A DNA stretch of 64,000 bases from Candidatus Latescibacterota bacterium (GTDB taxonomy: Bacteria; Latescibacterota; UBA2968; UBA8231). Each line of letters starts with the position of its first letter. Position 1 is the stretch's first letter. The stretch covers positions 139,439 to 203,438 of the forward strand of contig OZ253462.1 of NCBI GenBank assembly GCA_965261395.1, in the 5' to 3' direction. Below are positions 26,915 to 37,051 of this stretch, piece after piece. A model generated the notes under the pieces. It saw only the letters and a program-made list of their open reading frames with translations, had not been told where the DNA came from and did no database searches. The position numbers and the translations under genes are program-made.

Positions 26915-28375
26915 TCAACGCCACTCATAGAGCGACTTCCGCGCTAGCCGGTACTCATCGGCGGGCCGGTCAATCGCCGTCGCCCCACCCGAGGCCACCT
27001 CGATTAGGCGCGCACACACCGGTTCATACGCAGCCCTAGGAGCCACCGCGCCCTTGGCCACCAAGATCCGCTGGTGCTCGGGCTGGATCCCGGCGCAGGT
27101 AATCTGGTGAATGCTGTTGGGACAGGCGCGCTCGCTGTTGAGCAAGAGCAGCCCTTTGCGTCCAGCCCGCTCGACTTGTACAACTGCGGTCGGCCCCTGA
27201 TTAAAATAGCGGCCCCCACCGTGCCGACGCTCGCGCTCTTCGTACGATCCATCGTGCAGCGTCCGCACCCGGCCGGCAATTTCCAAGGTCGGCCCGTGCA
27301 TGTCGTCGGTCTTGCCACCCACGCTGAGCTGGACCTGCCCACCGACGCCAGCCGCAAAGCACGCTTGCGCGCTTTCGACATCCCAGATCGACACAACCCA
27401 GCCGTCCGCCTCCTGCGCGAGCAATTGCTCCAACACAAACGTCGAGTCCCCGGACGAGCCGCCGCCGATGTTGTCGCCCATGTCGAGCAGACACACGGGC
27501 GTCTCCTCGCTCGCCAAAGCTAACCGCACGGCCTCGGCTGGAGCGGGCACCGCGGGCTTTAGCTGATCGCGGCTGGCCCACATCTGCTCGCCCAACCGCT
27601 CGGCCTCGTGCTGTGCCCTTTCTTCGTCGCCATCGGCAATCACCACCACCGACGGCCCCATATAGGGCACGTCCGCGTACTGGTAGCCCCCGGCGATGCT
27701 ACACCCGAGAATCCCCGCTGCGGACTCCAACTCAATCGCCGCCTGCATCAGCGGCTGCATGGGCGCGACGCTCGTGTTGTGGAAGTAGATATTGAAAAGC
27801 ACCTCTGGCTTGACCAACGCCATCTTGGGTTGGACCTCGCCCCGAATCTGCCGCGTCAGGATGGACGCGGCCTGCAAGCCTCGTTCCCGCTGGTCGATAT
27901 GGGGATTGGTCTTGTAGATGATCAAGGAGTCGGCCGCGGCCACCAGTTCCGGGGGCACGTTGGCGTGGTAGTCGTGGGTCACGGCAATGGGCAAGTCGCC
28001 CACCAGCGCGCGCACCCGGCGCACGGTCTCGCCGTCGGCTTGGGGGAAGCCCTCGGCGACCATGGCCCCGTGCAGTGCCAACAGCACCCCGTCGAGCTTG
28101 GGGGCTGCCTCCAGTCCGCTGAGGATGCGCCCGACAAAGTGCTCGTATGTGGACGCGGTCACCGGGCCGCCCGGAGTCGCCGACGTCGCCAAGAGCGGAT
28201 ACAGTTCATAGCCGAACTGTTCGGCCCCGGCGATATAGCCGGCGATCTCGTGGAAGGTTCCTTCGTACTGGCCGATCAGGTCCGCGCCTTCGCAGCCCCC
28301 GAAATCCTCCAATTGCGTCGGCTGCGAATAGAACGAATTCGACTCGTGGGAAAAACCTGCTGTTGCAATGCGCAT
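26915..28375 (-). CDS. M81 family metallopeptidase (MlrC-like)
   Basis: 486 aa. The MRIATAGFSHESNSF N-terminus is typical of MlrC/DUF1485 proteins. Confidence 0.75.
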   Translation of the reverse strand: MRIATAGFSHESNSFYSQPTQLEDFGGCEGADLIGQYEGTFHEIAGYIAGAEQFGYELYPLLATSATPGGPVTASTYEHFVGRILSGLEAAPKLDGVLLALHGAMVAEGFPQADGETVRRVRALVGDLPIAVTHDYHANVPPELVAAADSLIIYKTNPHIDQRERGLQAASILTRQIRGEVQPKMALVKPEVLFNIYFHNTSVAPMQPLMQAAIELESAAGILGCSIAGGYQYADVPYMGPSVVVIADGDEERAQHEAERLGEQMWASRDQLKPAVPAPAEAVRLALASEETPVCLLDMGDNIGGGSSGDSTFVLEQLLAQEADGWVVSIWDVESAQACFAAGVGGQVQLSVGGKTDDMHGPTLEIAGRVRTLHDGSYEERERRHGGGRYFNQGPTAVVQVERAGRKGLLLLNSERACPNSIHQITCAGIQPEHQRILVAKGAVAPRAAYEPVCARLIEVASGGATAIDRPADEYRLARKSLYEWR

Positions 28376-28455
28376 TCGGTATCACCTTTCTGGCGCACAG
28401 ATCGCTCTGCCGCCTCGCTTGTCATAGAATATAATGCTATCTTTCCCAAACGCTT

Positions 28456-29526
28456 ATGAACCGTTGGCAAAAGATATTCACCTATAAAAAGACCAAGCGT
28501 CTAACGCAAATGGTCGCCTGCGGCGGCTGAGCCTCCAAACTGCGCCCCGATCAGTTGCGGCGCGCCCTGGCAGGTCTGCCAGCAAACAGCGATCCCAACC
28601 TGCTGGTCGGCTTCAACCTCGCCGACGACGCCGGCGTCTATCGCCTCAGCGACAGCGAGGCCCTCGTGCAGACCGTCGATTTCTTCACCCCCATCGTCGA
28701 CGATCCCTATACCTTTGGGGCCATTGCCGCGGCCAACTCGCTCAGCGACGTGTACGCCATGGGTGGCAAGCCCCTCACCGCGCTCAACATCGCGGGTTTT
28801 CCCGCCAACGAACTCGATCCAGAAGTCCTCAACCAGATTCTCCTCGGCGGTCAGTCCAAGGCCGCTGAGGCCGGCTGCACCCTCGTCGGCGGCCACACCG
28901 TGCAAGACCCCGAACTAAAATACGGCCTCGCCGTCACCGGCCTCGTCCACCCCGAGCGCATCTACACCAACGCCGGTGCCCAGCCCGGCGACCGCCTCAT
29001 CCTCAGCAAGAAGCTGGGCACCGGGCTGATCGCCAACGCCTTCAAGGCCGGTCACCTCGCCGAGGCCGACCTCGCCGAGGCCGTGGAATCCATGCTCGCG
29101 CTCAACAAGGCCGCCGCCGAAATCCTGCCGGACTTCGCCGTCCACGCCGTCACCGACGTCACCGGCTTCGGCCTTTTGGGACACGCCGCGGAAATGGCCG
29201 AGGGCAGCCAGATGGGTTTGGTCTTTCACGCGGCCCAAGTCCCGGCCTTGGCCCTCGGTCTAGCGCTGGCCGCCAACGGCCTCGAAGGCGGCTCCCGCGA
29301 TAACCAGCGTTTCTTGGAATCCAAAGTCACCGTCGCCGCCAGCGTTGATCCGGCCCGCGCCAATCTCCTCTTCGACGCCCAGACCTCCGGCGGCCTCCTC
29401 ATCGCCGTAGCCGCAGCCGAGGCCGAGGCCCTCCTCCACGCCCTTCGCCAAAACGGAGTAGAGGCCGCCGCGCTCGTCGGCGAGGTCATCGGGGAAAACC
29501 CCGGCCGCATCCTCGTCGAGCCGTGA
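28456..29526 (+). CDS. selD: selenide, water dikinase (selenophosphate synthetase) with in-frame UGA (Sec)
   Basis: ORF 28555..29526 carries the SelD core: NLLVGFNLADDAGVYRL, VDFFTPIVDDPYTFGAIAAANSLSDVYAMGGKP, GGHTV and DVTGFGLLGH. The same frame is open upstream through TGA 28528-28530 to ATG 28456. That gives MNRWQKIFTYKKTKRLTQMVACGGUASKLRPDQL. The U aligns with Cys17 and the K with Lys20 of E. coli SelD (RLTQYSHGAGCGCKISP). 356 aa. Confidence 0.85.
28541..28582 (+). promoter_or_regulatory. candidate SECIS hairpin(s) downstream of the selD UGA
   Basis: Hairpin 1 pairs GCGCC (28542-28546) with GGCGC (28559-28563), plus 3 inner pairs and the loop UCAG. Hairpin 2 is CUGGCA-GGUC-UGCCAG (28567-28582). 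Confidence 0.4.
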
Positions 29527-29698
29527 TCTTCTCGACTAGCACCGTTTCCTTGCCGGTGGCGCGCTCGATCATGCGGACTTCGCCCACGTAGCCGACGGGA
29601 TGGATAATTGATGAGGTGCTTGCTTATTGGATAAGTTTTAATAATACCAGTACCACTCCGATAGTAACTAGTATGGAGGTAGGAGACAGAGGATTGCG

Positions 29699-31282
29699 AT
29701 GAGTAACGGATGGAAGGATGTGCGCGGTTATTTTCCTGGAGATTGGGTCAGGCCCAGGCAGAACACGGGGCATTGGCGTCCATTGGTCGATTGGACGGAG
29801 GTTTTTCCGGGCCATCGCTCCGTCGATCGAACTGGCGCGTTCGAACTCTACGATGCCCCCATCGGCGTCCGCTTGGCGGTCGAGGAGGCGGACAAATCGG
29901 CTCCGCTCGAGTTCGATGGCGCAGTGGATGGTGACGTCGATGACGTAGGCAATTCCGTGCGGGTGTGGCAGGCGGATGACCGATACCACCTGCTCTACTA
30001 CCAGGGGAGACACGTCGCTTATGCGGTAAGTGAAGATGCTTACCGCTGGACCCGTCCCGGCTTGGGCATCATCGAGCAGAACGGCTCGAAAGAAAACAAC
30101 CTGGTTACCGATGTAGGGGGCGACCTGCTCAAAGCGGTATTCGAGGATCCAACCGCGCCACCTGAAGAGCGGTTTAAGGGCATGGGTTGTGAGGGGGCTC
30201 TGATCAATTCGGAGACCGGAGAGGTCGCCAACGCGGGTGAGGAGGTTGACGATGAATACATACAAAAGTGGTGGGCCGATCAGGAATACTTGGGTCCAGC
30301 CTACAAAGGGCCCAGACTGATTCTCAAGGGCCGGGTAATGGGGTGGGTCTCCCCTGACCGCGTTCACTGGAAGCGGACCGACAAGATTCTCGCCAATTTT
30401 CCCATGGATGGAGGCCTCTCCGCCAGATACGACGAGGAATCCGGTTACTACTACGCCTACTGTCGCATCCAGGGCGTCCCCCAAGAACAGTTCGACCTGA
30501 TCGGCAGCGGCGTTCCGGAGGATGGCATCTTCCACCGGGCGATCGGGCTGACTCGGACCAAGGACTTCAACCACTGGCCCGCTCCCAAGCTCCTCCTCTT
30601 TCCAGATGGTCAGGATGAGCCCGACCTCTCGTTCTACGGCGGCGACTACTTTCCCTATCCGGGTAGAGACGATCTGCACTGCATGTTGGTACAGGCCTAC
30701 CATCATGCCACCGACCACGTGGACAGCCAGCTCGCCATCAGTCGCGACGGTTTGATTTGGCAGCGGCCGGAGCGCAAGCCGATTGTTCCGGTGGGAGGTC
30801 CGGGTGCGCCCGACGCGGCCATGGTCTATTCCTGGGGCAGCGGCATCGCGGAATTGCCGGACGGCAATTGGGGGTCTCTCTACGGAGGGCACACGTCGCT
30901 GCACAACGAACCGCAGAGAGGAGAGGCGGTGTTACAGTGGGCCCGGTGGCGGCCCCACAGATTCTGCGGCATCGAAACGGATGTGGAGGGTCGGTTTACC
31001 TTGCCGACCGTAGTGAGGACCGCCAGTCAGCTGAGGCTCAACTACCGCTGTCGCCCGGGTGGCTGGATCAAGGTCGAGATTCTGCGCAACATTCCCTCGC
31101 GGATTCACCCCGACGTCGATCCGATCGCCGGCCTGACCTTCGAAGAAAGCGATCTGCTGAAAGGAGATTCGCTCGACCAGACGGTCACCTGGAACGGCAA
31201 CAGCAACTTGTCCGAGGTGGGTGAGATGTTGGCGATTCGGATCCGGATGTTTCAGGCAAAGATCTTCGCGTACCACGTTTAA
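29699..31282 (+). CDS. hypothetical protein (possibly a beta-propeller glycoside-hydrolase-like enzyme)
   Basis: A 527-aa ORF with an RBS-like GGAGACAGAGGA upstream. I recognise no diagnostic motif. The antisense ORF 29624..30904 is its shadow. Confidence 0.6.
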   Translation: MSNGWKDVRGYFPGDWVRPRQNTGHWRPLVDWTEVFPGHRSVDRTGAFELYDAPIGVRLAVEEADKSAPLEFDGAVDGDVDDVGNSVRVWQADDRYHLLYYQGRHVAYAVSEDAYRWTRPGLGIIEQNGSKENNLVTDVGGDLLKAVFEDPTAPPEERFKGMGCEGALINSETGEVANAGEEVDDEYIQKWWADQEYLGPAYKGPRLILKGRVMGWVSPDRVHWKRTDKILANFPMDGGLSARYDEESGYYYAYCRIQGVPQEQFDLIGSGVPEDGIFHRAIGLTRTKDFNHWPAPKLLLFPDGQDEPDLSFYGGDYFPYPGRDDLHCMLVQAYHHATDHVDSQLAISRDGLIWQRPERKPIVPVGGPGAPDAAMVYSWGSGIAELPDGNWGSLYGGHTSLHNEPQRGEAVLQWARWRPHRFCGIETDVEGRFTLPTVVRTASQLRLNYRCRPGGWIKVEILRNIPSRIHPDVDPIAGLTFEESDLLKGDSLDQTVTWNGNSNLSEVGEMLAIRIRMFQAKIFAYHV

Positions 31283-31318
31283 GAAGCATGAGGATTGGGT
31301 TGCCAGGAGGTTGATCGC

Positions 31319-33304
31319 ATGACATGTAATCAGACGGGTGCATCAGGCGCAACTATCGCCGACGCGGGCTCATCCCCGAGACCGGGCGCGGTCCCTGGGT
31401 TGGTCGAGGTCAGGGCGACGCGAGTATCGCCGCCCCCCGGATGGGCGCTTCTGGAACGCCGGTTGATGAAGCTGATGGAGGACGCGGTCGAGCCAATGGT
31501 CGACAAGTACGCGGAAAAGGGCGGAGCATTCTACTACGCCGACGATGTCGACGACCTGTACGAAAGGGTGTACAACTGGGGCCTGTTCTACGCCATGGGG
31601 GCCGATCGAAAGGTGCTCGACCTCGGGTTGCAGCAATGGCACGCAACCACGCGGTTCTTCGTCGACGACATCGTCAGCCGCATCCACCCCCGCTTCCATC
31701 CCCAGATCCACAACGAGTACTACAACCAGGCCTCCGCCGGTGCGAATGAGTGGTACCACCAAGGCGAGGGCAACATGGCCTTCTACCATTTCGGCCTGGC
31801 CGATCCCACCATTTCGGAAAACGTGCGCCGCGCCAGGCGGTTCGCGGCGATGTTCATGGACGAGGATCCCGAGGCCCCCAACTACGATCCACGGCACAGG
31901 ATCTTCCGCTGCCCCATTCAGACCAGCGTCGGCCCCATGCGCCACGCAACGGTCGACAACGCGATCATGTGGCTGCAGGGAGGGGAAACGGGTTACGAGA
32001 AGGGATACCGCCCCTACAAGGTGCGGGCCACCCTTGATCCGGTGGTGACAGACCTCGAGGGGAACTGGTTCGAGAATCCCGCGCGCCGGGACGAGATCCT
32101 AAAGCTGTTCGACCACATCGTTCTCAACGGCGACGTCCCCCACAGCCTCGGCGCCACCGCCCTGATCACCAACGCCTTCCTCTACACCGGCGAGGACAAG
32201 TACAAGCAGTGGGTGCTCGACTACACCGAGGGGTGGATGGAGCGCATCGAGCGCAACGGCGGCATCCTGCCCGACAACGTCGGGCCGACCGGCAAGATCG
32301 GCGAAAACCGCAACGGCCTCTGGTGGGGCGGGCTCTACGGCTGGAACACCTTCGTCGGCCACTACATCATGTTCAGCGCCCTCACCATCGCCGCGGAGTG
32401 CGCCCTCCTGCTCACCGGCGACTTCGGCTATCTCGAGCTGCTGCGCTCGCAGATCCGGCTTCTCATGGACAACGCCATCACCCGCGAGGACGGCCAGCTT
32501 CTGTTGCCGGCCCGCTACGGTTCTGACGGCTGGGAGTACGCCAGGGACAACTACGACTACGAAAGAGGCAGGTTCGTGCCCTACCGCATGCAGGAGCTGG
32601 CCCACCTCTATCACGCCTCAATGGCCCAAGAGGACTACGACCTCATCGTCCGCATTCGGGACACCGACAAAATGCGCGACTGGAACCACGTGCCCGTCCT
32701 CGGAGAGAAGAGCTACGCCGACACCGAACTGGCGCGCTTCCAGTACTACGACGGCAAGAACCCGGACTGGCCCGAGAAGATCCTGCAGGCCGAGTACCAG
32801 AATGCCCAGACTGACTTCCAGTCGATACTGAAAGAAACCCGCGATGCCAAGACCTTGATCGCGGACAACCCCTCTCCCCCCACTACGGTCTACACCAAGG
32901 GGTTGACGCAGGTGACAATGGGGGCACCGCAATCGGTGTACACGGGAGGGCTGTTGCGCGCCACCGTCCGCTACTTCGATGCAGACCGCACGCGGCCGGG
33001 CCTGCCACCCGACGTGGCTGCTCTCATCGACAAACTGGGAGCTGACAGCGCAGGTCTTCAGCTTGTCAACCTGAACGCCGGCGAGACGCGCAACCTGATC
33101 GTGCAGGCCGGGGCTTTCGCCGAGCACGAATTTGTCGAACTGACGCATGAAGAGCAGACCGTCGAGGTGGAGTCGAAGTATTTCGCGGTGCAACTCCCCC
33201 CCGGCACCTCCATCCGGCTGGATGTGGGCATGCGCCGCTTTGCTCACCGGCCGACCTATGCCTTCCCCTGGCACGGGGACGCTATCCCGGTGCCGTACCA
33301 GTAG
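31319..33304 (+). CDS. hypothetical protein
   Basis: About 661 aa from ATG 31319, with AGGAGG at 31305-31310. The ORF is open from 31295. No family recognised. Confidence 0.6.
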   Translation: MTCNQTGASGATIADAGSSPRPGAVPGLVEVRATRVSPPPGWALLERRLMKLMEDAVEPMVDKYAEKGGAFYYADDVDDLYERVYNWGLFYAMGADRKVLDLGLQQWHATTRFFVDDIVSRIHPRFHPQIHNEYYNQASAGANEWYHQGEGNMAFYHFGLADPTISENVRRARRFAAMFMDEDPEAPNYDPRHRIFRCPIQTSVGPMRHATVDNAIMWLQGGETGYEKGYRPYKVRATLDPVVTDLEGNWFENPARRDEILKLFDHIVLNGDVPHSLGATALITNAFLYTGEDKYKQWVLDYTEGWMERIERNGGILPDNVGPTGKIGENRNGLWWGGLYGWNTFVGHYIMFSALTIAAECALLLTGDFGYLELLRSQIRLLMDNAITREDGQLLLPARYGSDGWEYARDNYDYERGRFVPYRMQELAHLYHASMAQEDYDLIVRIRDTDKMRDWNHVPVLGEKSYADTELARFQYYDGKNPDWPEKILQAEYQNAQTDFQSILKETRDAKTLIADNPSPPTTVYTKGLTQVTMGAPQSVYTGGLLRATVRYFDADRTRPGLPPDVAALIDKLGADSAGLQLVNLNAGETRNLIVQAGAFAEHEFVELTHEEQTVEVESKYFAVQLPPGTSIRLDVGMRRFAHRPTYAFPWHGDAIPVPYQ

Positions 33305-33446
33305 CTCCCCACATAGAGTCAACCATCAACATCAGGGCATCCAGATATTCCACTTGCCATACTTTTCCCAGATGCGACAGGCGTCACAGGTACACATCAA
33401 CCGGAGTGCAAAACGCGGTTTGTTACCAAAACTTTCGAACTCTCAG

Positions 33447-34781
33447 CTATAGCCCCTGCATCGCTGATTCGGGATCGAGAATTACATCAGCAGCAATCAA
33501 TCGATCCTGTAGCTCGGCCATCGGCACGCCACGACTATCCACACCTGTTGCCCTTGCTATCGCAGCGGCCGTGCCAGCAGCCTGCCCCATGCCCATCGAG
33601 TTGGCTGTGACTCGACTTGATGCCAGGGCCTCTGAAGTTGCCGAGTGACAACGACCCGCAACCCAGAGATTCTCTACGCCCTGCGGCAGCAACGTTCTGT
33701 ACGAAATATCGTACGGCGGTACGATCGGCTGATCGTGATACCCGGCTGCGTCCTCAGGATGCCGGTCTATCCTCCACGCCCCAAGCACTACTACGTCATC
33801 CTGTCGTTTCGCAGTTCTTATATCGTCGCCGGTCAGCATGTAATCGCCGACGATTCTTCTGGATTCTCGCGATCCAGCAGTCGGACCACTGGTGAAAAAG
33901 TATGCGTCTTTGAACTCGGGTAGTGCTTCTTTCCAGAGCTCGAACATGGTCCACGCATCACGTCGGCCCTGGATTTCTGCGTTCGTCCAGTCTTGCGGAT
34001 TAGTTGCGTTTCTGGGAGTGCGAATCACATTGAAATAGATGTCTCGACCTGAGAAAGTTGCCGGCCACGGACCACCATAAAGGCCGATCTTTCCTTCGGC
34101 ACGTGCCTTCTCCAGAACGGCCGCACATTTACGACGCAGCTCAAATGTAAGTTCAACAAAGCCAATTCGGAAGTGCAAGCTCATCGGCTGAAGCGACTCG
34201 GCGACCTCGTATGGACATCCTGCCCAGGCGGCGACATCGGCATCACCCGTGGCATCGATAACGTACTGGGGTCGTATAGCGACGAGGCCGTCTTTGTTGC
34301 TGACTACGACACTGTCCACCCGGTCACCCTTCACGATCACGTCAGACACCTGTGTGTGGAAAAGCGGATTTACGCCAGACTCGACTAAAACGTCATCCGC
34401 AGCCTTCTTGAACAACTCCGGATCAGTGCGCGGAATTACGCGATCAGGATGCTTTTCGACCTCGGTGAAATCACCGTTCACGTTGTATGAGAGATGTCGA
34501 GCCTGCCCGGGCTCAACCACCCCCATTCGTTCGAGCATCTCAAAGACAAGTCCACCCACAACAGGCTTACCAGTCTCTTCGTAGACGAATCCATCGAACG
34601 CCGAGCCGATGATGTTCGTAAAGAACCCACCGGCAAATCCCATGCGGTCAACTGCCATCACAGAAGCACCGTTCCGTGCCGCGCCAACAGCCGCACCAAT
34701 ACCCGCCAGCCCCGTTCCGCAAACGAGAACATCTGGTTCAGCGACTACAGGAAGTGATTTTGTGTACTGGATTATGGACAT
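33447..34781 (-). CDS. FAD-dependent oxidoreductase
   Basis: 444 aa with the dinucleotide fold DVLVCGTGLAGIGAAVGAARNGASVMAVDR. Confidence 0.75.
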   Translation of the reverse strand: MSIIQYTKSLPVVAEPDVLVCGTGLAGIGAAVGAARNGASVMAVDRMGFAGGFFTNIIGSAFDGFVYEETGKPVVGGLVFEMLERMGVVEPGQARHLSYNVNGDFTEVEKHPDRVIPRTDPELFKKAADDVLVESGVNPLFHTQVSDVIVKGDRVDSVVVSNKDGLVAIRPQYVIDATGDADVAAWAGCPYEVAESLQPMSLHFRIGFVELTFELRRKCAAVLEKARAEGKIGLYGGPWPATFSGRDIYFNVIRTPRNATNPQDWTNAEIQGRRDAWTMFELWKEALPEFKDAYFFTSGPTAGSRESRRIVGDYMLTGDDIRTAKRQDDVVVLGAWRIDRHPEDAAGYHDQPIVPPYDISYRTLLPQGVENLWVAGRCHSATSEALASSRVTANSMGMGQAAGTAAAIARATGVDSRGVPMAELQDRLIAADVILDPESAMQGL

Positions 34782-34823
34782 GATTTGCTACTCGACCAGC
34801 CCCCAATCCCCAGCCCCCGCTTC

Positions 34824-35561
34824 TCAATGCTTACACGCCACATGTCGATCTTCATATATTCCCTTTAGAAACTTTTCTGGATTGAGTTCTTCGGGCAAAT
34901 AATGCCATGCCGTACTATAGCGCGTGCGATTGCTGTGGTTATCATAAGCACCGTGCAAGAGATTGGCGGAAAACAGAACAACCGTGCCAGCGGGAATGAC
35001 CAGATCCACAGCCTGCGATTCATCGACCTCTGTCCAACTGCCATGCCTGCTTGGATCTCTGCGGTGCTCGACAATCTCGCCCATCCGGTGGCTGCCGGGC
35101 ACCACCCGCAAACACCCATTCTCCACATCTGAATCTTCCAGATAAATTCCGCAACTGATAATGCGATCCGTATCAGTCCCAAAATAAAAACTGTCCTGAT
35201 GCCAGCCCGTTGACGTGCCGCCGTTGGGCAACTTCGGAAAGAACTTGGTGCCAAACACATCAAAATTTTCACCAATCAATACTGCTACACGGTCTAAAAT
35301 CGCCGTTTCACGCGCCAGTTCCAACACGCGGGAATCGACCACGCAAACACCCTGAATTTTGTGCAACAAACCCGCCCGGGGTTCACCGCACTCGTCCAAC
35401 TCGAGCGTCCAGTGCGGCACCTGCTCGGTCAGCTTGCGCCCCTCTGCGACTAGTTCATCAAACACCTGCTTGTAATAGGCCAATCGCTCGCCTTGAATCA
35501 GGGTTTCAAAAACAAGATAGCCATCTTCTCGAAACTGCCGCGCCTGTTCGTCTGTCAACAT
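34824..35561 (-). CDS. phytanoyl-CoA dioxygenase (PhyH) family Fe(II)/2-oxoglutarate oxygenase
   Basis: 245 aa with MLTDEQARQFREDGYLVFETL, WHQDSFYF and LHGAYDN. GAGGAGG lies upstream. Confidence 0.8.
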   Translation of the reverse strand: MLTDEQARQFREDGYLVFETLIQGERLAYYKQVFDELVAEGRKLTEQVPHWTLELDECGEPRAGLLHKIQGVCVVDSRVLELARETAILDRVAVLIGENFDVFGTKFFPKLPNGGTSTGWHQDSFYFGTDTDRIISCGIYLEDSDVENGCLRVVPGSHRMGEIVEHRRDPSRHGSWTEVDESQAVDLVIPAGTVVLFSANLLHGAYDNHSNRTRYSTAWHYLPEELNPEKFLKGIYEDRHVACKH

Positions 35562-35578
35562 TCTTGTTCCTCCTCAAG

Positions 35579-35595
35579 GTATAGGAAAAATAAGG
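35579..35595 (+). repeat. 17-nt copy of the 5' terminus of the island repeat family, at the composition break
   Basis: gtataggaaaaataagg is identical to 41811-41827 and has 1 mismatch to 49499-49515. It lies 18 nt upstream of the PhyH start. AT-rich DNA begins immediately to its right. Confidence 0.7.
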
Positions 35596-35625
35596 GAATT
35601 ATATATTTGACTTCACAAATCCGTT

Positions 35626-35674
35626 CAAAACACAAAATCGGCGGTCAGATAGGGTTTCTATGCTGACCGCCGAT
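35626..35674 (-). terminator. rho-independent terminator (perfect 12-bp stem) after the 95-aa gene
   Basis: atcggcggtcag (35637-35648) pairs with ctgaccgccgat (35663-35674). On the minus strand the stem is followed by TTTTGTGTTTT. There is also a T-run on the + side. Confidence 0.7.
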
Positions 35675-35701
35675 TTTTCATTTTAGAAAAGGAGTTATGG
35701 G

Positions 35702-35989
35702 TTATGGAGACTCAGAAGGATTGTTTGGATTCGTTAAGGAATCATTTATTTCTTGTTGAATGTGCTTTACGCCATCTTGGAAACCTTGCTTTACGTGAGG
35801 CGGAATATCAGACCTTTGGACGCGATTTTCGTAAAACTCAAGATAAGTGCCAATAACTTGGGCAATTTGATCTCCATTAGGTATATGATTTTTGATATAT
35901 CCTAATGTTCCTATTATTGCTTGAGTTGTTGCCATTCTTTGCCCTGAAAGATACTCAGATATTTCTTCAGGGCTTTGAGGATTAGACAT
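35702..35989 (-). CDS. hypothetical small protein (AT-rich island)
   Basis: A 95-aa ORF with GGAGA 8 nt upstream of the ATG and a terminator directly downstream. Confidence 0.55.
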   Translation of the reverse strand: MSNPQSPEEISEYLSGQRMATTQAIIGTLGYIKNHIPNGDQIAQVIGTYLEFYENRVQRSDIPPHVKQGFQDGVKHIQQEINDSLTNPNNPSESP

Positions 35990-36297
35990 AGCTAAGTCTC
36001 CATTGGTTTGGGATGGTTCAGGCCAGAATTGCCGTCAACGTAACGGAATCCAGTAGCCCGGATTTGGACGAAATTGCTCAAAATCGAGCGGAATCAGAGA
36101 AAGTAAGGAGAGAATTCCTTAAAATCAATACTTGCTCTGGTTGAAAAATCATTTTATTCTATGGCCGTTCATACTCTTGTAGAGACCCCGTTTAGTCGGG
36201 TCTTCTACCCAATACAACAGCCAGAAAGACCCGGCAACAGGGTAGCTCCCTATTGCCCCGGCGAATAAGTGGAACTTCTCTGATTCTCTACGAGAGT

Positions 36298-36340
36298 GTG
36301 AACAGGCCCGGCCCCTTTAACGGGGGCCATCCCTGTTCAC
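36298..36340 (+). other. strong interrupted hairpin in the 5' leader of the lipoprotein gene
   Basis: gtgaacagg (36298-36306) pairs with cctgttcac (36332-36340), 9 bp. An inner helix pairs ggcccc (36310-15) with ggggcc (36323-28). It ends 20 nt before ATG 36361. No T-run follows. Confidence 0.6.
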
Positions 36341-36360
36341 CTCAACAAAGGAGAATCGCC

Positions 36361-36963
36361 ATGAAGTTTGCGGTGTTTTTCGTCATTATCGCCCTATTTG
36401 CTTGTTCATCGGATAGTCCGGTAGGGCCTAATACGGAGTCTGAACCTGTATTAGAGTCTTCGGGCAAGGCGGTTGATATAGAAGCAATAGGCGGTCTGTT
36501 AAAAGGTCGCTGGTTTAATGTTCACGAACTTAGAGATTCGGATATAATATCATCTATTTGGATTTTGGAAGTTCGTGAAATGCCCGGAGAGTCAAGCATT
36601 TTTGAATATGACTTAGCCCGGATATATGATGCGAGACAGGAATACTCTCTGAAAGATTACGGGGAGGAAATAGGTGGTGGAGCTTTCAACGATTTATTGA
36701 CTTGGGAGTTTGTTGAACGGGGAAGAATCCGGCCATATTCTACGAATGACTCAGGTCATATTCTATTTGATAGGATATTCAATGATCTCTCTAAAGTCGT
36801 TGAAATCGAGATATTTTCTAGTAATCGAGTCATTGTATGGGATTCGATACTTAAAATATCTCGATGGGATTCATTTGAATATTCTTTAGGCAATCAGATT
36901 TTTTTGAATTGTGAAGAATATTCTGATAATGATATATGCCTTTTTGACTACGGTTTCAAATAA
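36361..36963 (+). CDS. lipoprotein, unknown function (AT-rich island)
   Basis: The start MKFAVFFVIIALFACSSDSP has an LFAC lipobox and AAAGGAG upstream. 200 aa. The upstream part of ORF 36253..36963 runs through the hairpin. Confidence 0.7.
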   Translation: MKFAVFFVIIALFACSSDSPVGPNTESEPVLESSGKAVDIEAIGGLLKGRWFNVHELRDSDIISSIWILEVREMPGESSIFEYDLARIYDARQEYSLKDYGEEIGGGAFNDLLTWEFVERGRIRPYSTNDSGHILFDRIFNDLSKVVEIEIFSSNRVIVWDSILKISRWDSFEYSLGNQIFLNCEEYSDNDICLFDYGFK

Positions 36964-37051
36964 AGGAGTTTATGATGGTAAAGCGTGAAGCGATTCCTCA
37001 AGAAGTCCATGAGCAGGCCAACTGTCCACGTTCAAGAGAGGGAGGTAAATC

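Noticed and set aside
29527-29623. Minus-strand stretch reading ...IIHPVGYVGEVRMIERATGKETVLVEKITARR just after selD, possibly a gene remnant at the start of the accessory region
   Set aside because: There is no start codon before it (a stop lies 7 codons upstream) and I recognise no family. It is too short to support.
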